Shown here piece by piece: positions 23,949-37,971 of a stretch of DNA of 64,000 nucleotides (positions are counted from its first letter, which is position 1; every line of letters begins with the position of its first letter). The position numbers and the translations under genes were made by a program. Origin of the DNA: Phyllobates terribilis (lineage: Eukaryota); contig NW_027362771.1 in the NCBI RefSeq assembly GCF_046119375.1, positions 183,582,001 to 183,646,000 of the forward strand. The letters are read 5' to 3'. Under the pieces are notes generated by a model. It was given only the letters and a program-made list of their open reading frames with translations. It was not told where the DNA came from and did no database searches.

Positions 23949-25844
23949 CTAGATGGTGGCCCGATTCTAACGCATCAGGTATTCTAGAATAGGTATGCGG
24001 CCGACCAGGCGCAATCAGCAGAGTGGTATTTAAATTTGGCGCCAAAATCGCTGATTGGTCGAGGCCGGCAACCGCGACCAATTAGCAAAGCGGTGTTAAA
24101 ATTTGGCGCCTATATCGCAGATTGGTCAGGGCCGGCGGTCACAACTAATCAGCAGAGCGGGGTTTAAATTTGGTGCCAATAATGCTGATTGGTCGCGGCC
24201 AGCGAACGCGAACAATCAGCAGAGCGGGGTTTAAATTTGGCGGCAATAATGCTGATTGGTTGCTGCCGGCGGTCGCGACCAATCAGAAGAGCGTTATTCA
24301 AATTTGGCGCTAATAATGGTGATTGGTCACGGCCGTGACTAATCAGCAGAGCGGTGTTTAAATTTGTCGCCAATAATGCTGGTTATTCGTGACCGGTAAC
24401 CGCGACCAATGAGCAGAGCGGTATTTAAATATGGCGCCAATATCGCTGATTGGTCGCGGCCGGCCACCACAACCAATCAGCGAAGCGGTGGTTAAATTTG
24501 GCGCCAATATCGCTGGTTGGTCACGGTCGGTGGTTGCAACTAATCAGCAGAGCGAGGTTTAAATTTGGCGCCAATACTGCTGATTGGTCGCGGCCGGCGA
24601 CCGCGACCAATCAGCTGAGCGGTGTTTAAATTTGGCGCCAATATTGCTGATTGGTCGCGGCCGGAAACCGCGACTAATCAGCAGAGCGGGGTTTAAATTT
24701 GGTGCCAATACTGCTTATTGGTCGCGGCCGGCGACCGCGACCAATCAGCAGAGCGGTGTTTCAAATTGGCACCAAAATCGCTGATTAGTCGCGGCCGGCC
24801 ACCGCGACCAATCAGCAGAGCGGCATTTAAATTTGCCGCCCATCTCGCAGATTGGTCGCGGTGGCCGGCTGCGACCAATCAGCAGAGCGGCGTTTAAATT
24901 TGCCGCCCATCTCGCTGATTGGTCGCGGTAGCCGGCCGCTACCAATCAGCAGAGTGGCGTTTAAATTTGCCGCCCATCTCACTGATTGGTCGCGGTAGCC
25001 AGCCACCGCAACCAATCAGCACAGCGGCGTTTACATTTGCCGCCCATCTCGCTGATTGGTCACGGCCGGCCACCGCGACCATTAAGCACAGCGGCGTTTA
25101 CATTTGCCGCCCATCTCGCTGATTGGTCGCGGTCGGCCCCGCCACCGCGACCAATCAGCAGAGCGGCATTTAAATTTTCCGCCCATCTCGCTCATTGGTC
25201 GCGGTGGCCACCGTGACCAATCAGCAGAGCAGCGTTTAAATTTGCCGCCCATCTCGCTGATTGGTCGCGGTCGGCCGGCCACCGCGACCAATCAGCAGAG
25301 CGGCGTTTAAATTTGCCGCCCATCTCGCTGATTGGTCGCGGCCGGCCACCGCGACCAATCAGCGTCGTATTAGTGTGGGCCCGGGAGCGGCGCTGCTTGT
25401 GCGGCTCCGTATTAGCGAGGACCGGGGAGCGGCGCTGCCTGTGCGGCTCCTTCTGCTGCGAGAAGCCAGGAGATGAGCGGCTGCTCGCAGCAGAAGTATC
25501 CCGACCGGCGGCACCACTCCTCGGTCGTCCGTTCACACTTGCTGTCGGGAAATCAGCGGGCCAAGCCGCTGATCTTCCGACGTTAGCCGCATGGAGGTCA
25601 GCGGCGCGGTCGGGGTAGTTGTGCTGCTAGCGCCGCTCATCTCCCCGCTGCATCGCCGCTGACCTCCGTCCGCCAAATGAGCCGCTAACGGCCGCCATCT
25701 TTTTTCAGAAATCCCGCGGCGCTGATTGGCCGCTGCCGGACCAATGAGCGACGCGGGATTTCCAGGACAGAAAGACAGACAGACAGAAAGACAGACAGAC
25801 AGATAGACAGACAGACAGATGGGATAAGACAATTATATAGTAGA
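23949..25844 (-). mobile_element. Non-autonomous Helitron
   Basis: Minus-strand 5' end TCTACTATATA at 25844; 3' hairpin c(c/t)gatgcgttagaatcggg followed by CTAG at 23949-23952; inserted between A and T with no TSD; (GACA)n near the 5' end. Confidence 0.85.
24010..25365. repeat. ~67-bp CpG-rich tandem array (about 20 units) inside the Helitron
   Basis: Unit aatcagcagagcggtgtttaaatttggcgccaatatcgctgattggtcgcggccggcgaccgcgacc. Confidence 0.9.
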
Positions 25845-28800
25845 TGACAGGGCAAAATGTTACAATTCTGACCACTGTCACTTTATGAGGTAATAACTCT
25901 GGAACGCTTCAACGGATTCCATTGATTCTTAGACTGTTTTTTTTCATGACATATTGTACTTCATAATAGTGGTAAAATTTGTTCGATACGACTTGCGTTT
26001 ATTTGTGAAAAAAATGAAAATTTGGCGAAATTTTTAAAATTTTGCAATTTTCAAACTTTGAATTCTTATGCCCTTAAATTAGAGAGATATGTCACACAAA
26101 ATATTAAAAAAATAACATTTCCCACATGTCTACTTTACATCAGCATAATTTTTGCAACAACTATTTTTGTTAGGAAGTTATAAGGGTTAAAAGTTGACCA
26201 GCAATTTCTAATTTTTCCAACAAAATTTACATAACCATTTTTTTAGGGACCACATCACATTTGAAGTGACTTTGAGAGGTCTAGATGACAGAAAATACCC
26301 CAAAATGACACCATTCTACAAATTGCACCCCTCAAACTACTCAAAACCACATTCAAGAAATTTCAATTCAGTCCCCAATTTTTTTGTTTTTGGAAGGGTA
26401 ACAAGAGAAAATGGACCACAAAATTTGTCTTGCAATTTCTCCTGAGCACGCCAATACCCCATATGTGAGGGAAAATCACTGGGCGCATGGCAGGGCTCGG
26501 AAGGTAAGGAGTACCATTTCACTTTTTGAACGCAAAACAGGCTGGAATGGATGCCATGTAGCATTTGGGGAGCCCCTGATGTCCTAAACAGTGGAAACCC
26601 CCCACAAGTGACCCCATTTTGGAAACTAGACCCCTCAAGGAACTTATCTAGATGTGTGGTGAGCACCTTGAACCCCCAGGTTTATAATGTATGGAAGGGA
26701 AGGAGCACTGTGTGACTTTTTGAGCACAAAATTGGCTGGAATTGAGAGCGGACATGTCGCTTTTGGAGAACCCCTTATGTGCCTAAACAGTGAGAAAAAA
26801 ACAATGTGACCCTATTTTGGAAACTACACCCCTCAAGGATTTTATCAAGGGGTATAATGAGCACTTTGAACCCAGAGGTACGACACAGAATTTGATAACA
26901 TTAGGTCATCATATTGAATATGTTGTCATTAGTGTAGAGCGCAAGGGCTTGTACTTGAGTTTGCATCGGGTACTCGGGTATGCACTGAGTATTGTGAGTG
27001 CTCGAGTGATGTGCTCGAGTTCCAGCCCTGCATGTTTCACGGCTGTTAGAAACACAACAAAAACATGCAGGGGTTGCCTGTGTATGGCAGGCAATCCCCA
27101 CGTGTGTTTTTTTGGCTGTATATATAAAAATCGATTGAGGAACAAACCGATCATTTAAGGGGGAAAATCACAAAAATATATCAAAGCTAAACAATGTGGT
27201 TGCATAAGTGTGAATACCATCTTATAATTGGGGATGTAGTTGTGTTCAAAATTAGCCAATCACATTTAAAGCTCATGCAGGCGACCATATAAATCGGACG
27301 ATAACACACTGATCCACGTTATTCGGGCTATTCAGATGAATGATTTTTTTCTCGGTCTGAGTGTGCATGAGTAAAAAATCACAGCATGCAGTACTTTCAT
27401 CCGAGTCTCTGATAAGACTCACTCAATCAATTCAGTGGGTGTGAGAAAAATATCAGGTACCACATGGACCATCATCAATTTTTTATGGATATATTTCTTT
27501 TATGAAACGTAGGAAACTGTATGTGATCATGTACATGTATTAATGTTGTTGTATGAAAATGGATTGCACATGAACAGCACACCGAGGTCAAAAGGATTTC
27601 ACACGGATGTAAAAAATGGACACATGGATGAGACATGGATGAAAATCTGATGAAAATTAGAAAAAATTCATCTGAGTTTTCTGGTTGAAATGCAGACAAT
27701 TTTTTATACCCTCATTTGCAGGCAAAGGCTGGTCATACCAAATATTGATTTAATTTAGATTTCTCTTTTGTTCACTCAGATTGTCTTTTGTTAATTGATA
27801 AAGATAAACTAATACTTTTATTTCTGAAAGCATTCTTACTCTTGAAACTTATCATTTTTTTCTTTTATTCTTTTTTTCCCACAGTAACTGGGTTATCTAA
27901 ATGAACCCCAGTTACAGAGGTAAACTCTCCCCACTGTGCTACACACCACTGACAGAGTTTATCTAGGTCTGTTAGTATCCATTTCCTCTGCTATGCCAGT
28001 CAGTCACATGGAAGTTATGTTATCATAAGGTCCTACAAAAGCATTAGAAATGCTGATGCTTTTGTTCACAGCATATCACCCATTAATCACTCTATAGCTG
28101 ACAAAATAAAAGACAGAAGCAGTATTAAATGGCTTCTGGCTTCATCTCATGGTTTGCAAAAGTGTCAGACACAGCCAGAGACCGGACCTGCTCCTGTTCC
28201 AGCTTTCCCCTCCTTTGTAATTTTGCAATGGATTAAGATTAAAGCCTAGGACCAAGAGAATTTATGGTGCTTTGTCAATATCGAGTTAAAAGATAATGTA
28301 GTTAGTAGAGATGAGCAGATAAATCCATGGACAATCGACTTCGACCCAAATTAACTAAATTTTGCTGGTCCCAGCGAATTTGAGCAGTTTGCAATTCGGT
28401 TAGCGAGCATCGAAAAAAAAACTAGTGCTTAGCTCCATTTGACACTCTACTAAAGACAGAAAATGGGCTAATGACGTCTGGTTTCTGGTCGCAAGTGTGG
28501 AGAGTTGTACGTGTGTGCATCTTGTATGAAGGAGGTATTTTGCACTATGCACCTGATGATTCTATGGCAGTCAGCAGGTTGTTTGAGAGAAAAATAAGCC
28601 ATAGACTAAATAGACTGGAAACTATGGCTCTGTATCAGCATATGTAGCAACATTAGCAGATCATTTGGGAAAATCAAGCTGAACGGCAATCAGAGCAAGC
28701 CACAAGTTGTAATACTATCCCATCTTGCAATGCTCATCTTTTTCTCATTGAGGTCAAACCCTCAAGTAGTACCCGATTGGTGTCCGCATCATCATTGTCA

Positions 28801-29263
28801 TCCACCACTACTGCTAGTCATACTCCTCCTTCTCCGTCGAACCAGCAAACAATCATCTTTGATTGCGTGGTTTAAAAGAGAAGCTGTTCCAGCACCTCAA
28901 CAAACCTTCAATATTCTTAATTCAAATATTGTAGATTAAAAAATGCTATACAGGTCAATATTTCTTAAGCATGTTGAGCGCAAATTGCTCTTAGTCATAG
29001 AATATCATTCAATGGCAAAGTGCCATTATTTAAAAAACAAAATTACTGGGTCCATCCCATGTCTAGATGTGTACAAGATTTGGTTTTCTCTACCTGTGAG
29101 ATCACATAGTGATTATACCTGTATTATTACCTATCTTTTTAGTATGTGCTAGGTGACAAAATGTCTCTTAAATTTTCTACTTCTTTTGGCTACACATCTT
29201 GGTATGCTATATTTTCCAAATCACATCGTGGTTGAAAACTGGCTATGGTAAATGTTACACTAT

Positions 29264-29790
29264 TGTCACGGGTGTGTCAGGGTTGAGAGACAGTCATACG
29301 GTGTCGGGCTGTACAAGGTCACTGCGTTTGGCCTTACAAACATCTCCCTGATCCTTTTATGATTCCTCTCTCTTTAGGACCAAGCGGTGATCCTCACCTT
29401 GCTTGGGGATTATAACTTTCCCTTTGGGACCCTGAGGTATCCTCACCTTTCTGCTGTTAAACAGCAATTTCTTGCTGTGTCCTTAAATACACTCAGATCC
29501 TCGGAGAGTTGCTGGTGATAGCGTGTATACCTATTCAGGCCTGGGATTCTAGTAGTCTACTAGAATTACCTTGGAGTTCCTTCATGGATTGTTGCCGTGC
29601 TTTCTCCGGCGTCATCTTAGAGCTAAGTGTATTCCCTTTTTTGTTTCCCCTGTGTGTACTTTAGCTTGTAGTGGGGCTGACTTATTTGTCACCCCTCCCG
29701 CTCCCTACCTAGGGCCTAGCCTTAGGGTCAGTTAGGGCCAGGTTTCCTGCTCGGTGATAGGTGCAGAACTTATTTAGGGTATATAGGGTA
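29264..29790 (+). mobile_element. Truncated, diverged solo LTR related to the 37972-43395 Gypsy
   Basis: Starts tgtcacgggtgtg, like the minus-strand start of the LTR at 43395. Contains cttagggtcagttagggcc, similar to cttagggtcagcttaggccc in that LTR. Confidence 0.6.
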
Positions 29791-31189
29791 TATATATATA
29801 TAAGGCTCCCTCCACTTTTCCCGTTGTTATGCACTGTGCACTGGGTTCTCCCCATACCTAGCATAGCAACTATTGGTAGTGGAATTTTTATTTTTGGAAT
29901 TTTGTTGTAATTCACTGTGGAATAATAAGAATTAATGTGTTTTATCTTTAAGGTAAGTTTCTGTTCTATGGAGCATCCACAACTTATAACTTCTCTTACG
30001 CAATTTGTTAAAACTTTTTTCACCATTGAAATTGAATTAATGGTATTTGAGGGATATTGCCTGTCTGCTCTCAGAATGGTATTTGCGGCTCAAGGTTTAT
30101 GGTAAAAAGATGTCTCTACTTATTTATGATGATCTCTGATTGTGTGTTGAGGAAACAGGTTTCCCGCCATTGGCTGGTTTTCTAACTAAACTCTCACCTG
30201 TTCAAGTTTTTGGAGATGCAGTTGTGGCTGTACCACCTTGGGGCGTTGGCTGCCTTTCAAGAAATGATGTTGAGTGCTCAGCCTCGCTGTCATAATTTTT
30301 CATAGAAAATAGTACCCACTCTCTGCTCTCATCTGCAGGAGAACATAGGCTGCTCTCTTGACTTATCTTCAAGGTTCAAAGTTCACTGCATCACTGGGTT
30401 AATGTTTTCAGTGGAAGCGAGACACCACCACAACTGTGACAGGTTGTTAAGTCTCTGCGACTGGGAGCTATGACTGTTTCCATCATCAAGCGGTGGTTAT
30501 CTATCACCTCCTATACCTTTTCCTAATCCTGCTCAACAGACATTAACCCATCTTAATCAGCCAAAGGAAACAGTGACAAAGTTGATTCCACATTCCTACC
30601 TCATTCTTCTTGCTTATGCAAGGTAAAGCGCTACCAAGCGGTTTTACAACTTGAAAGCATGGGGAAAAAAGCATTACAGTGCACAAGTTGCTGCTGTGCA
30701 TCAAGCAGCAACTCTCAAGCTGCATAGCTACCCATGAACAGCATACATTCACACATTCATGTTAAATGTCCATGTGTTACCAGAATTTTTTATTGGACGG
30801 CACATGGACTCAGAGTTTCATAGATTCATTCACACATCTGTGAAAATCTCAGATCTGAGAATGAGATCAGTGAGGCTCAGAGCATGTCCTATTCTGATCC
30901 AGTTTTGTAGATCAGAATGGGACATTTTCAATGTGTCTGTGTGCTGTTCGAGAAAAAAATTGGGCAGCACAACGACACTTTACACAGATGTTTCAGTGTA
31001 GCCTCATTATGAATAGCACCATCTCTATAATGTACTCGCTTATTATGTATAACACCGTAGTATATGGTTTACTCTCCTTTTGAATATAGCACCACCCCTT
31101 AGTATATAGTGTACTGTCTTATTATTTATAGTGCCGTCTCTTAGTATATGGGGTAATTTATTGTCACGTACATCGCCATCCCCTATTAC

Positions 31190-31690
31190 TAGAGATGAGC
31201 GAATAATTCTATTAGAATTTTGCAAAGATCTGCATTTGCCAAAATGTGTTTTTTTTTGTAATTTGCTTCTGCACAAATTCTGGCTCTGATGAGGCCTGGG
31301 AGGTTTCTTCTGTGCTCACAAAATCACTGCACGTCGTGACGTCATTTGGTCTTTTGTGCATGTGTGCAAAACCCTCCTGGACTTCATCAGAGCCGAAAGT
31401 CCGGCTCATCATGAAGGGCCCTGTGTTTTCAGCGGAAGCTGAGGGTATCAGAAGATTCGACAAGCACAGGACAGGTGATGGTGAGAAGTAGAGGGGCCAG
31501 AGATTTCAACTGCTATGTAAGTATAAGGATATTTTCTATTTTTTACATTATGCTCTGAGGTCAAGAGAGACCCCAATAGATAACAAGGGACATTAAATTG
31601 ATGGAGAACAACTTCTACGTGTAATAGAATTTCTTGTGAAAATCCAGGTGAGCAGGCGAATTTGAATTTTGCCTGATCCGCTCATCTCTA
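31190..31690. mobile_element. hAT-type MITE
   Basis: TIRs tagagatgagcg / cgctcatctcta; flanks cctattac and ctgattag match only partly, so it is old. Confidence 0.7.
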
Positions 31691-32019
31691 CTGATTAGTT
31701 ATGTATGGTGCAATCCCTTATTACATAGCGTCCTCTCTTGTTATATATATCACCCTCCCATTGTTATATGGTGTAATCTCTTGTAGAGCACTACCCATTA
31801 CATAGCATAATCTCTTGTTATTTTGTTATTCCTCCTTGGGATGCAAGTCCTGGAGCTCCACAGTTACTTGCACTCTTTCCCAACCAGTTTCCCTATTTTC
31901 ATCAGATATAGAGGTTCATCATGTGACTTTTGAGTACTTGTGACTGGGGAACAACAATATACCCAGATCCCACATGTACACGTGACCCATCAGTGTAGCC
32001 TGTACTAATCTCAATATGC

Positions 32020-32400
32020 TTCTTGACTAAGATTTATAGAAAAAAAATTGTCATGGTTTAAACTGTAGTGCAGGTTTGATGTTGTTCTGATGAAAGAGGA
32101 ACTGATAAAGGGTGTCATGTGCTTCATTCCAGAAGACATCATGTATATCTGTGTACCAGCAGATGGTATCTGGTATAGAAAGGGGGTTAGTGTATATATG
32201 GTAGTCTTCAAACTTACTCATGTAGCAATTTGCATATGAATGGGAAGTATTCAACTTCTTCATGGCGATACATGATTGGATATAATAGTTGTCACCGTAT
32301 AGTAAAAAATTCAATTCAGAATGGAATAGAATCAGAAGAGAAGAGGTTCTTATTAAAGTTTCTAGCATGGATAAGCTCTTGTTATGCTAGAAAAACTGCT
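32020..32400 (-). pseudogene. Degenerate Penelope-like element RT fragment
   Basis: NYYIQSCIAMKKLNTSHSYANCYMSKFEDYHIY...CWYTDIHDVFW...LQF resembles the PLE RT motifs YxQxxGxAMG..APSYANLFM..FE and WxRYIDDIF. Confidence 0.65.
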
Positions 32401-35400
32401 GAAATCATGGGTAGTAAGGATGCTGTTTGGTGAGAACTAGGCAAGAATATGGATGTTTTGTAGAAAGTGACCTGTGTCGAGGAGGAAGGATTTTGTCTTT
32501 TTGTCAGGATTCTGTTGTCCTTCTGCGGATTGACCACTAGTGGCTGCTATTATTGACTTTGCTAAATTGTGCTGCAATTCCACTCCTTACCACTGGATGT
32601 TGTTATTGTGTTTCTTCAATCATTTTCCAATATGGCCGATATTGAACCTGTGAAAGCCATTTTGTTTCCTGTTTGGGCCTTCTACTGTTTGGGCCTACTG
32701 ATGGACAGTCCAGAACAGACTGACCATGTTATTAAGGGTTCTGTTCAATAGGGAGTTCAAAGTGTGTTTTGAGTTTCAGGGTTCTGTAAAAACTAAAAAG
32801 CCCAGTAGAAAACACATTACATGGTGGAGTTGGACAAAAGAAGAACATATAGTTCTACATGAAGATATTGACCACTAGGTTGTGTTCCATAACCATAATT
32901 TGGTATACTGTACACTTTCTCCCATATATTGCCAATTGGACCTCCATGTGTGCTGTCTAGTAATTCACAATAACCTTATTGATTCTTGTCTTAAGGTCTT
33001 TCCAATCCCCTGTAATAAGTGATGTGGAATGTTGTAATTCAATAGAAGCTATAATGCATTGAATTTCCATAACTGATGTTTTTAGAACTCAATTTTAAGC
33101 AGAATGAAGTCAAACACATGCTTATCAAGAAACAAGGTTGGACGAAGATGGCTATGGTCTGATCCCTTTTGGGACAGGGTTCAATCTGAGGTTGCACAAT
33201 GTAGATTAAATGCCAGGCTGTTCCATGTTTTCTTTTTGCAATCTCTGGTAGAGGAATTGTGTGAAATTTTACATAAAAAGCATGGAAATAGCTGCAGCAG
33301 AGTTGTATTAGCACATTTTGCTTCACATCCGGGATTTGGTGTTTCAAACCCAATAAGCAACAAAGATTACAGAGATAATGGTTTGCACACAAGTTTAATA
33401 GTTGGACTTGCTAGATGTGAAGGCCATCCACTACTCTTAAGCATGTGACTGACATGGTTTCATGTTATAGTACTTTCATGTTATAAATAACAACTAATAC
33501 ATGATATATTTTATGGTCCCTGTATCGCGTGCAAGCAAGTTTCAAGTTTTACAATTTACATTTATACCCAACATAAAACTTTTTAAGTCATTCTGAATTA
33601 TATTAAACAACTTTAACATTTGAAATGACAATAAAAAAGAAAGAAGTTCTCTTAAAAGAGTATTTCAACCTAAATAAATCACTGGTAAAATTGTACTTTT
33701 TCAAACTATTTTCATCTCTCCTAAAATTTTACTCAAACAATTATTTTTAATATCGCTTTTATATCTCACTTTTTACAAAATCAGAAAAGGAAATGGTACC
33801 ATTACATCTCCCTTGGGGCTTGTCAACATGCTTCCCCAGACTCCTGAATGGCAAATCAGCCTCATTATGCATTTGCAAAATGTCTGCCCTATATTGCTAT
33901 ATAATTAGGCAGATTTGCCATTTAGGAGATGACAATCCTCATAGGAGCTGCAATCGTATCCATTACCAGTTGTCACTTTTATAATATAGCAAAAGGAAAA
34001 AACATATAACCAAGAAATGGCTGCACAAAATGTTGATAGATAAGGGCACCTCGAAGACTGGATGGAAATGTTCTTTAACTATTGTATTCCAATTGTACTC
34101 TGGGTTACTAAAGTCTGCTTTTTAATTTTATTGTTTTTGTTTCATTTATAGGGAGATCAAGAAGAAATATGGCACAATCAGGTAGTAAACTGTGCAAATC
34201 AACATAATAACAACAACTGCAAATAATGACAAACTGTAAAACATCTGAAAATTATATATTGGTACATAGTTAATTGTAAAATACCTGTAATACGTTCATG
34301 AGTTCCATTACATATTATCAGGTATTCTTTCAGTATTATAGCATCTCAATGAAATCAGTTTGGGAGAATCAAAACAAAAATGAGTTAAAATCACAAATTT
34401 AACAACATAAAAAAATACCATGAAAATGTTCAAAGCGCCAAATGGCTAATTACTGCCGTTTTATCCCCTGAACACATTTCTATGTTAATCAGTGAAAAGA
34501 GAACTTTTCCATTTACATGCAAATATAAACACCCATTAATCATCAAACTGTTTCGATGCAAATGACTCTGCAACACTCAAACGCATAAGAGAGAACAAAT
34601 GAAAGAGCAGTTTCATGGCACCAGATGTGGAACACTTTATTCCTTGTATTTGATCAGTCTAAATTCTGTGTAGAATACAGTTCCAGATTAAAAGTTTTGT
34701 GATCAATAATATTGTTACTTCAGTGTAACAAGGTCTGACCCATCATTGTGTTATATAACTATTATAATCCAGTATATGAACAATGTATATGAATACATTA
34801 GCCACTGCTAATGACAAAAACTTGGCACTTTTCAATTCATTTGAAAGTGGAATATTTTTTATTTGATTTTGGGATCAATCTACAAAAGACGTGACTAAAG
34901 AATATCTACAAAAGTGATCCAGAGTTTCAAAGGTGATCATACAGCTTTAATAGCTATTGCCTAAATGTCCATTCATCCAACAGCTATTCCTCTCTACATC
35001 CTCACACATGTATAAGTGCTTTCCTTCCAGATGAGTCTGGCAGAAGCCCATCTTCTCTGAGAAGTAAATGATTAGGCATTAAAATTCAATATATCCATAG
35101 CATTCCTTAACGCCAGCTTTCAGGAGAGTTGGAATGTCCCCACACATATAGATACACAAGTTAGTTAGTCAGACAGTCTAGCCAAAATCGGCAGGTTGAT
35201 TGATGGTAGCTGACTTAGCTTTAATGTGTAGAAGCACCTTTTTTAATTTTTGGAATCTATCCTCAAGGCATGAAAGAAACTTTTGAATATATAAATATAT
35301 TAAGGATGACCTAGTATATTGAGCCGGCAATATGCTCTTTATATGGATGCTATGGAGTGGGCCCCCTGCTAATGAGCTTTTTCAATAAGCGAGAGTTGGG

Positions 35401-35471
35401 AAGCCATTCTGGCAGACTCAACACAATGTTAGTTCAAAAGCACACCCATTCACTTGAATGGATACCATATA

Positions 35472-37034
35472 CAGTGGCATGTAAAAGTTTGGACACCCCT
35501 GGTCAAAATTACTGTTATTGTGAACTGTTAAACAGGGCTTAAAGTTAAAGACAACCTATTTCCTTTGTATTTTTTATTTTTTATTTTATTTTTTACATTT
35601 TAAAAATTACAAAAAGGAAAATGGGTAGATGAAAAAGTTTGGGCATCCTGCATGGTTAGTACCTAGTAGCACCACCTTTTGCAAGTATCACAACTTGTAA
35701 ACACTTTTTGCATCCAGCCAAGAATCTTTCAATTCTTGTTTGAGGGATTCTCATCCATTCTTCCTTGGAAAATTCTTCCAGTTCTGTGAGATTCCTGGGT
35801 CATCTTGCATGCATTGCTATTTTGAGATCTAGCCACAGATTTTCAATGATGTTCAGACCATGGAATGGTGAGGGCCATTGTAAAACCTTTTGAGGTCGTC
35901 TATTGTGGATTTTGAGGTGTGTTTAGGATCATTCATTATCCATTTGTAGAAGCCATCCTCTTTTCAACTTCAGCTTTTTTACAGATGATGTTTTGTTTGC
36001 ATCAAGAATTTGTTGAAATTTCATTGAATCCATTCTTCCCTCTACCTGTGAAATGTTCCTTGTGCTATTGCCTGCAACACAACCCCAAAGCATGATTGAT
36101 CCACCCCCATGCTTAATGGTTGTTCTTTTCCTGAAATTCTGTGCCCTTTTTCCTCCACACATACCTTTGATCATTGTGGTTCTGCTGTAATCTCAACGGT
36201 CCTCAGAACTTGTTTCCAAAATGCATCTGGCTTGTTTAGATGTTCTTTTGCATACTTCTGATGCTGTATTTTATGATGAGGACACAGGAGAGGTTTTCTT
36301 CTGATGACTCTTCCATGAAGGTCATATTTTTTCAGGTGTCTCTGAGCACTAGAACAATGTACCACAACTTCAGAGTCTGCTAAATCTTTATGAACATCTT
36401 TTGCAGTCATGCAGCTATTCTGATTTGCCTCTCTAGCAATCCTATGAGTGGCTCTTACTTATATCTTGCTAAGTCTTCCAGACCTTATCTTGACCTCCAC
36501 TGTTCCTGTTAACTGTCATTTCTCAATTACATTTCAAACTGAGGAAAGGGCAACTTGAAAATGATTTGCTGTCTTCTTTTAGCCTTCTCCTGCTTTGTAG
36601 GCCTCCACCATTTTCATTTTCAGAGTGCTAGGCAGCTGCTTAGAAGAACCCATGCTGTTTTTTGGCACAAGGTTAGAGGAGGCTGTTTTTTATAAAGCTG
36701 GGAAATTTGCATTGCCTGGCCTTTCCTAATGATGATAGTGGACAAGTCATAACCCTAACAGTCTAAATAAGGTCTGAAACCTTGGTCAAACCTATCTGAG
36801 CACACAAATCTCCAAGGGTGACCAAACTTTTGTATTGGCCAATTTTCCTTTTTGTAATTTTTAAAATGAAAAAAAAAAATGACAGTATATGTATATTTTT
36901 TTGCCTAAAATACAAAGGAAATGTGTCATCTTTAACTTTAGGCCTTTTTAGAGATCATTTCATCTTCAACTTGCTTAACTGTTCACAATAACAGTAATTT
37001 TGACCAGGGGTGCCCAAGCTTTTACTTGCCACTG
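35472..37034 (-). mobile_element. Full-length Tc1 transposon with pseudogenised transposase (35656-36653)
   Basis: TA flanks; long TIRs cagtggcatgtaaaagtttgg...; MGSSKQLPSTLKMKMVEAY start; KHGGGSIMLWGC motif; multiple stops. Confidence 0.88.
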
Positions 37035-37971
37035 TAATACCATTTTGAACATTCTAACCTCCCTTACTAATCCCTTAATAATACAGCCAATTTTCCCTTT
37101 TGTACTTTTATTTTTTCCTCCTTTTTTGACATTACAAACTATTTACATGGAAATGTAGCACTTTCAAAGACAAGACCAACAATACCTGTACATGGCCAAT
37201 CTGTTATTGTTACTAAGAAATCAGTATGTGAATTGATATGAAAATGGATCTAGTAGATTTGAAGCCTCTGTCACTCCAATTCTATTCCCTGCCCAGCACT
37301 GCATCCTTCTGAATGACTGACTGCTCCATTTCTTGTAGTCACACAGAATAGAGGCTGTCAGTCAAGCAGAAGGAGGCGACACTGGGCGGGGATAGAGCTG
37401 GAGTGACAAAGATCTACCATAGCCATTTGAATATTAAGTCAAACGCTGATTTCTCAGTAACAGAGGAGCAAACTGGCCATGTAAAAGTATTGCTAGACTT
37501 GTCTAGACTAGTTTGGAGTGTGAAATCTTGGTGACAGATTACCATTAAATGTGGAAAATGTTCTAGAATGATTCTTCTTGGTATGATTTTTTTTACATGA
37601 CAACAATCTGTCATTTTAACAGGGGTGTGTAGATGTTTCAAATGCACTGTATATCTATCCTAAGTGAAGAAAACTTAATTCATATTAAAAAATAAAAGGG
37701 CATTTTATATTGATGACCAGTAAGGCAGACCAGGAGTGACAGTGTTTCTAGAAGTGGGGATAAGCTGGCCATTTTTTCTCAAGCTGTAGTAATCTGTGAT
37801 TTAGTAAGATATTTAACTCATATTCTACTAATATTAAAACTATACAGAGTTTAGGAGACAGATGAAAGGTAAATTGAGTAATATTTTTAAGTTTGCTGAG
37901 GATAAAGGATTTTCCACTACTGGTGAGGTCTATGTGTTGAGGCCCTGGTGCCACCTTGACCTGTCCACTGG

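Larger units (their letters stand above)
23917..26930. mobile_element. Non-autonomous piggyBac-like element, interrupted by a Helitron; right end not found
   Basis: TTAA followed by CCCCTT at 23913-23922. Removing 23949-25844 restores gtccttaA|Tgacagggcaaaatg. Confidence 0.7.

Noticed and set aside
30196-30345. Minus-strand AG/GT-flanked segment (MTARLSTQHHFLKGSQRPKVVQPQLHLQKLEQ)
   Set aside because: No full-length open frame between the sites and no recognisable homology.
33039-33448. 114-117-aa ORFs on both strands in unique sequence
   Set aside because: No motifs or convincing splice context; the length is compatible with chance.
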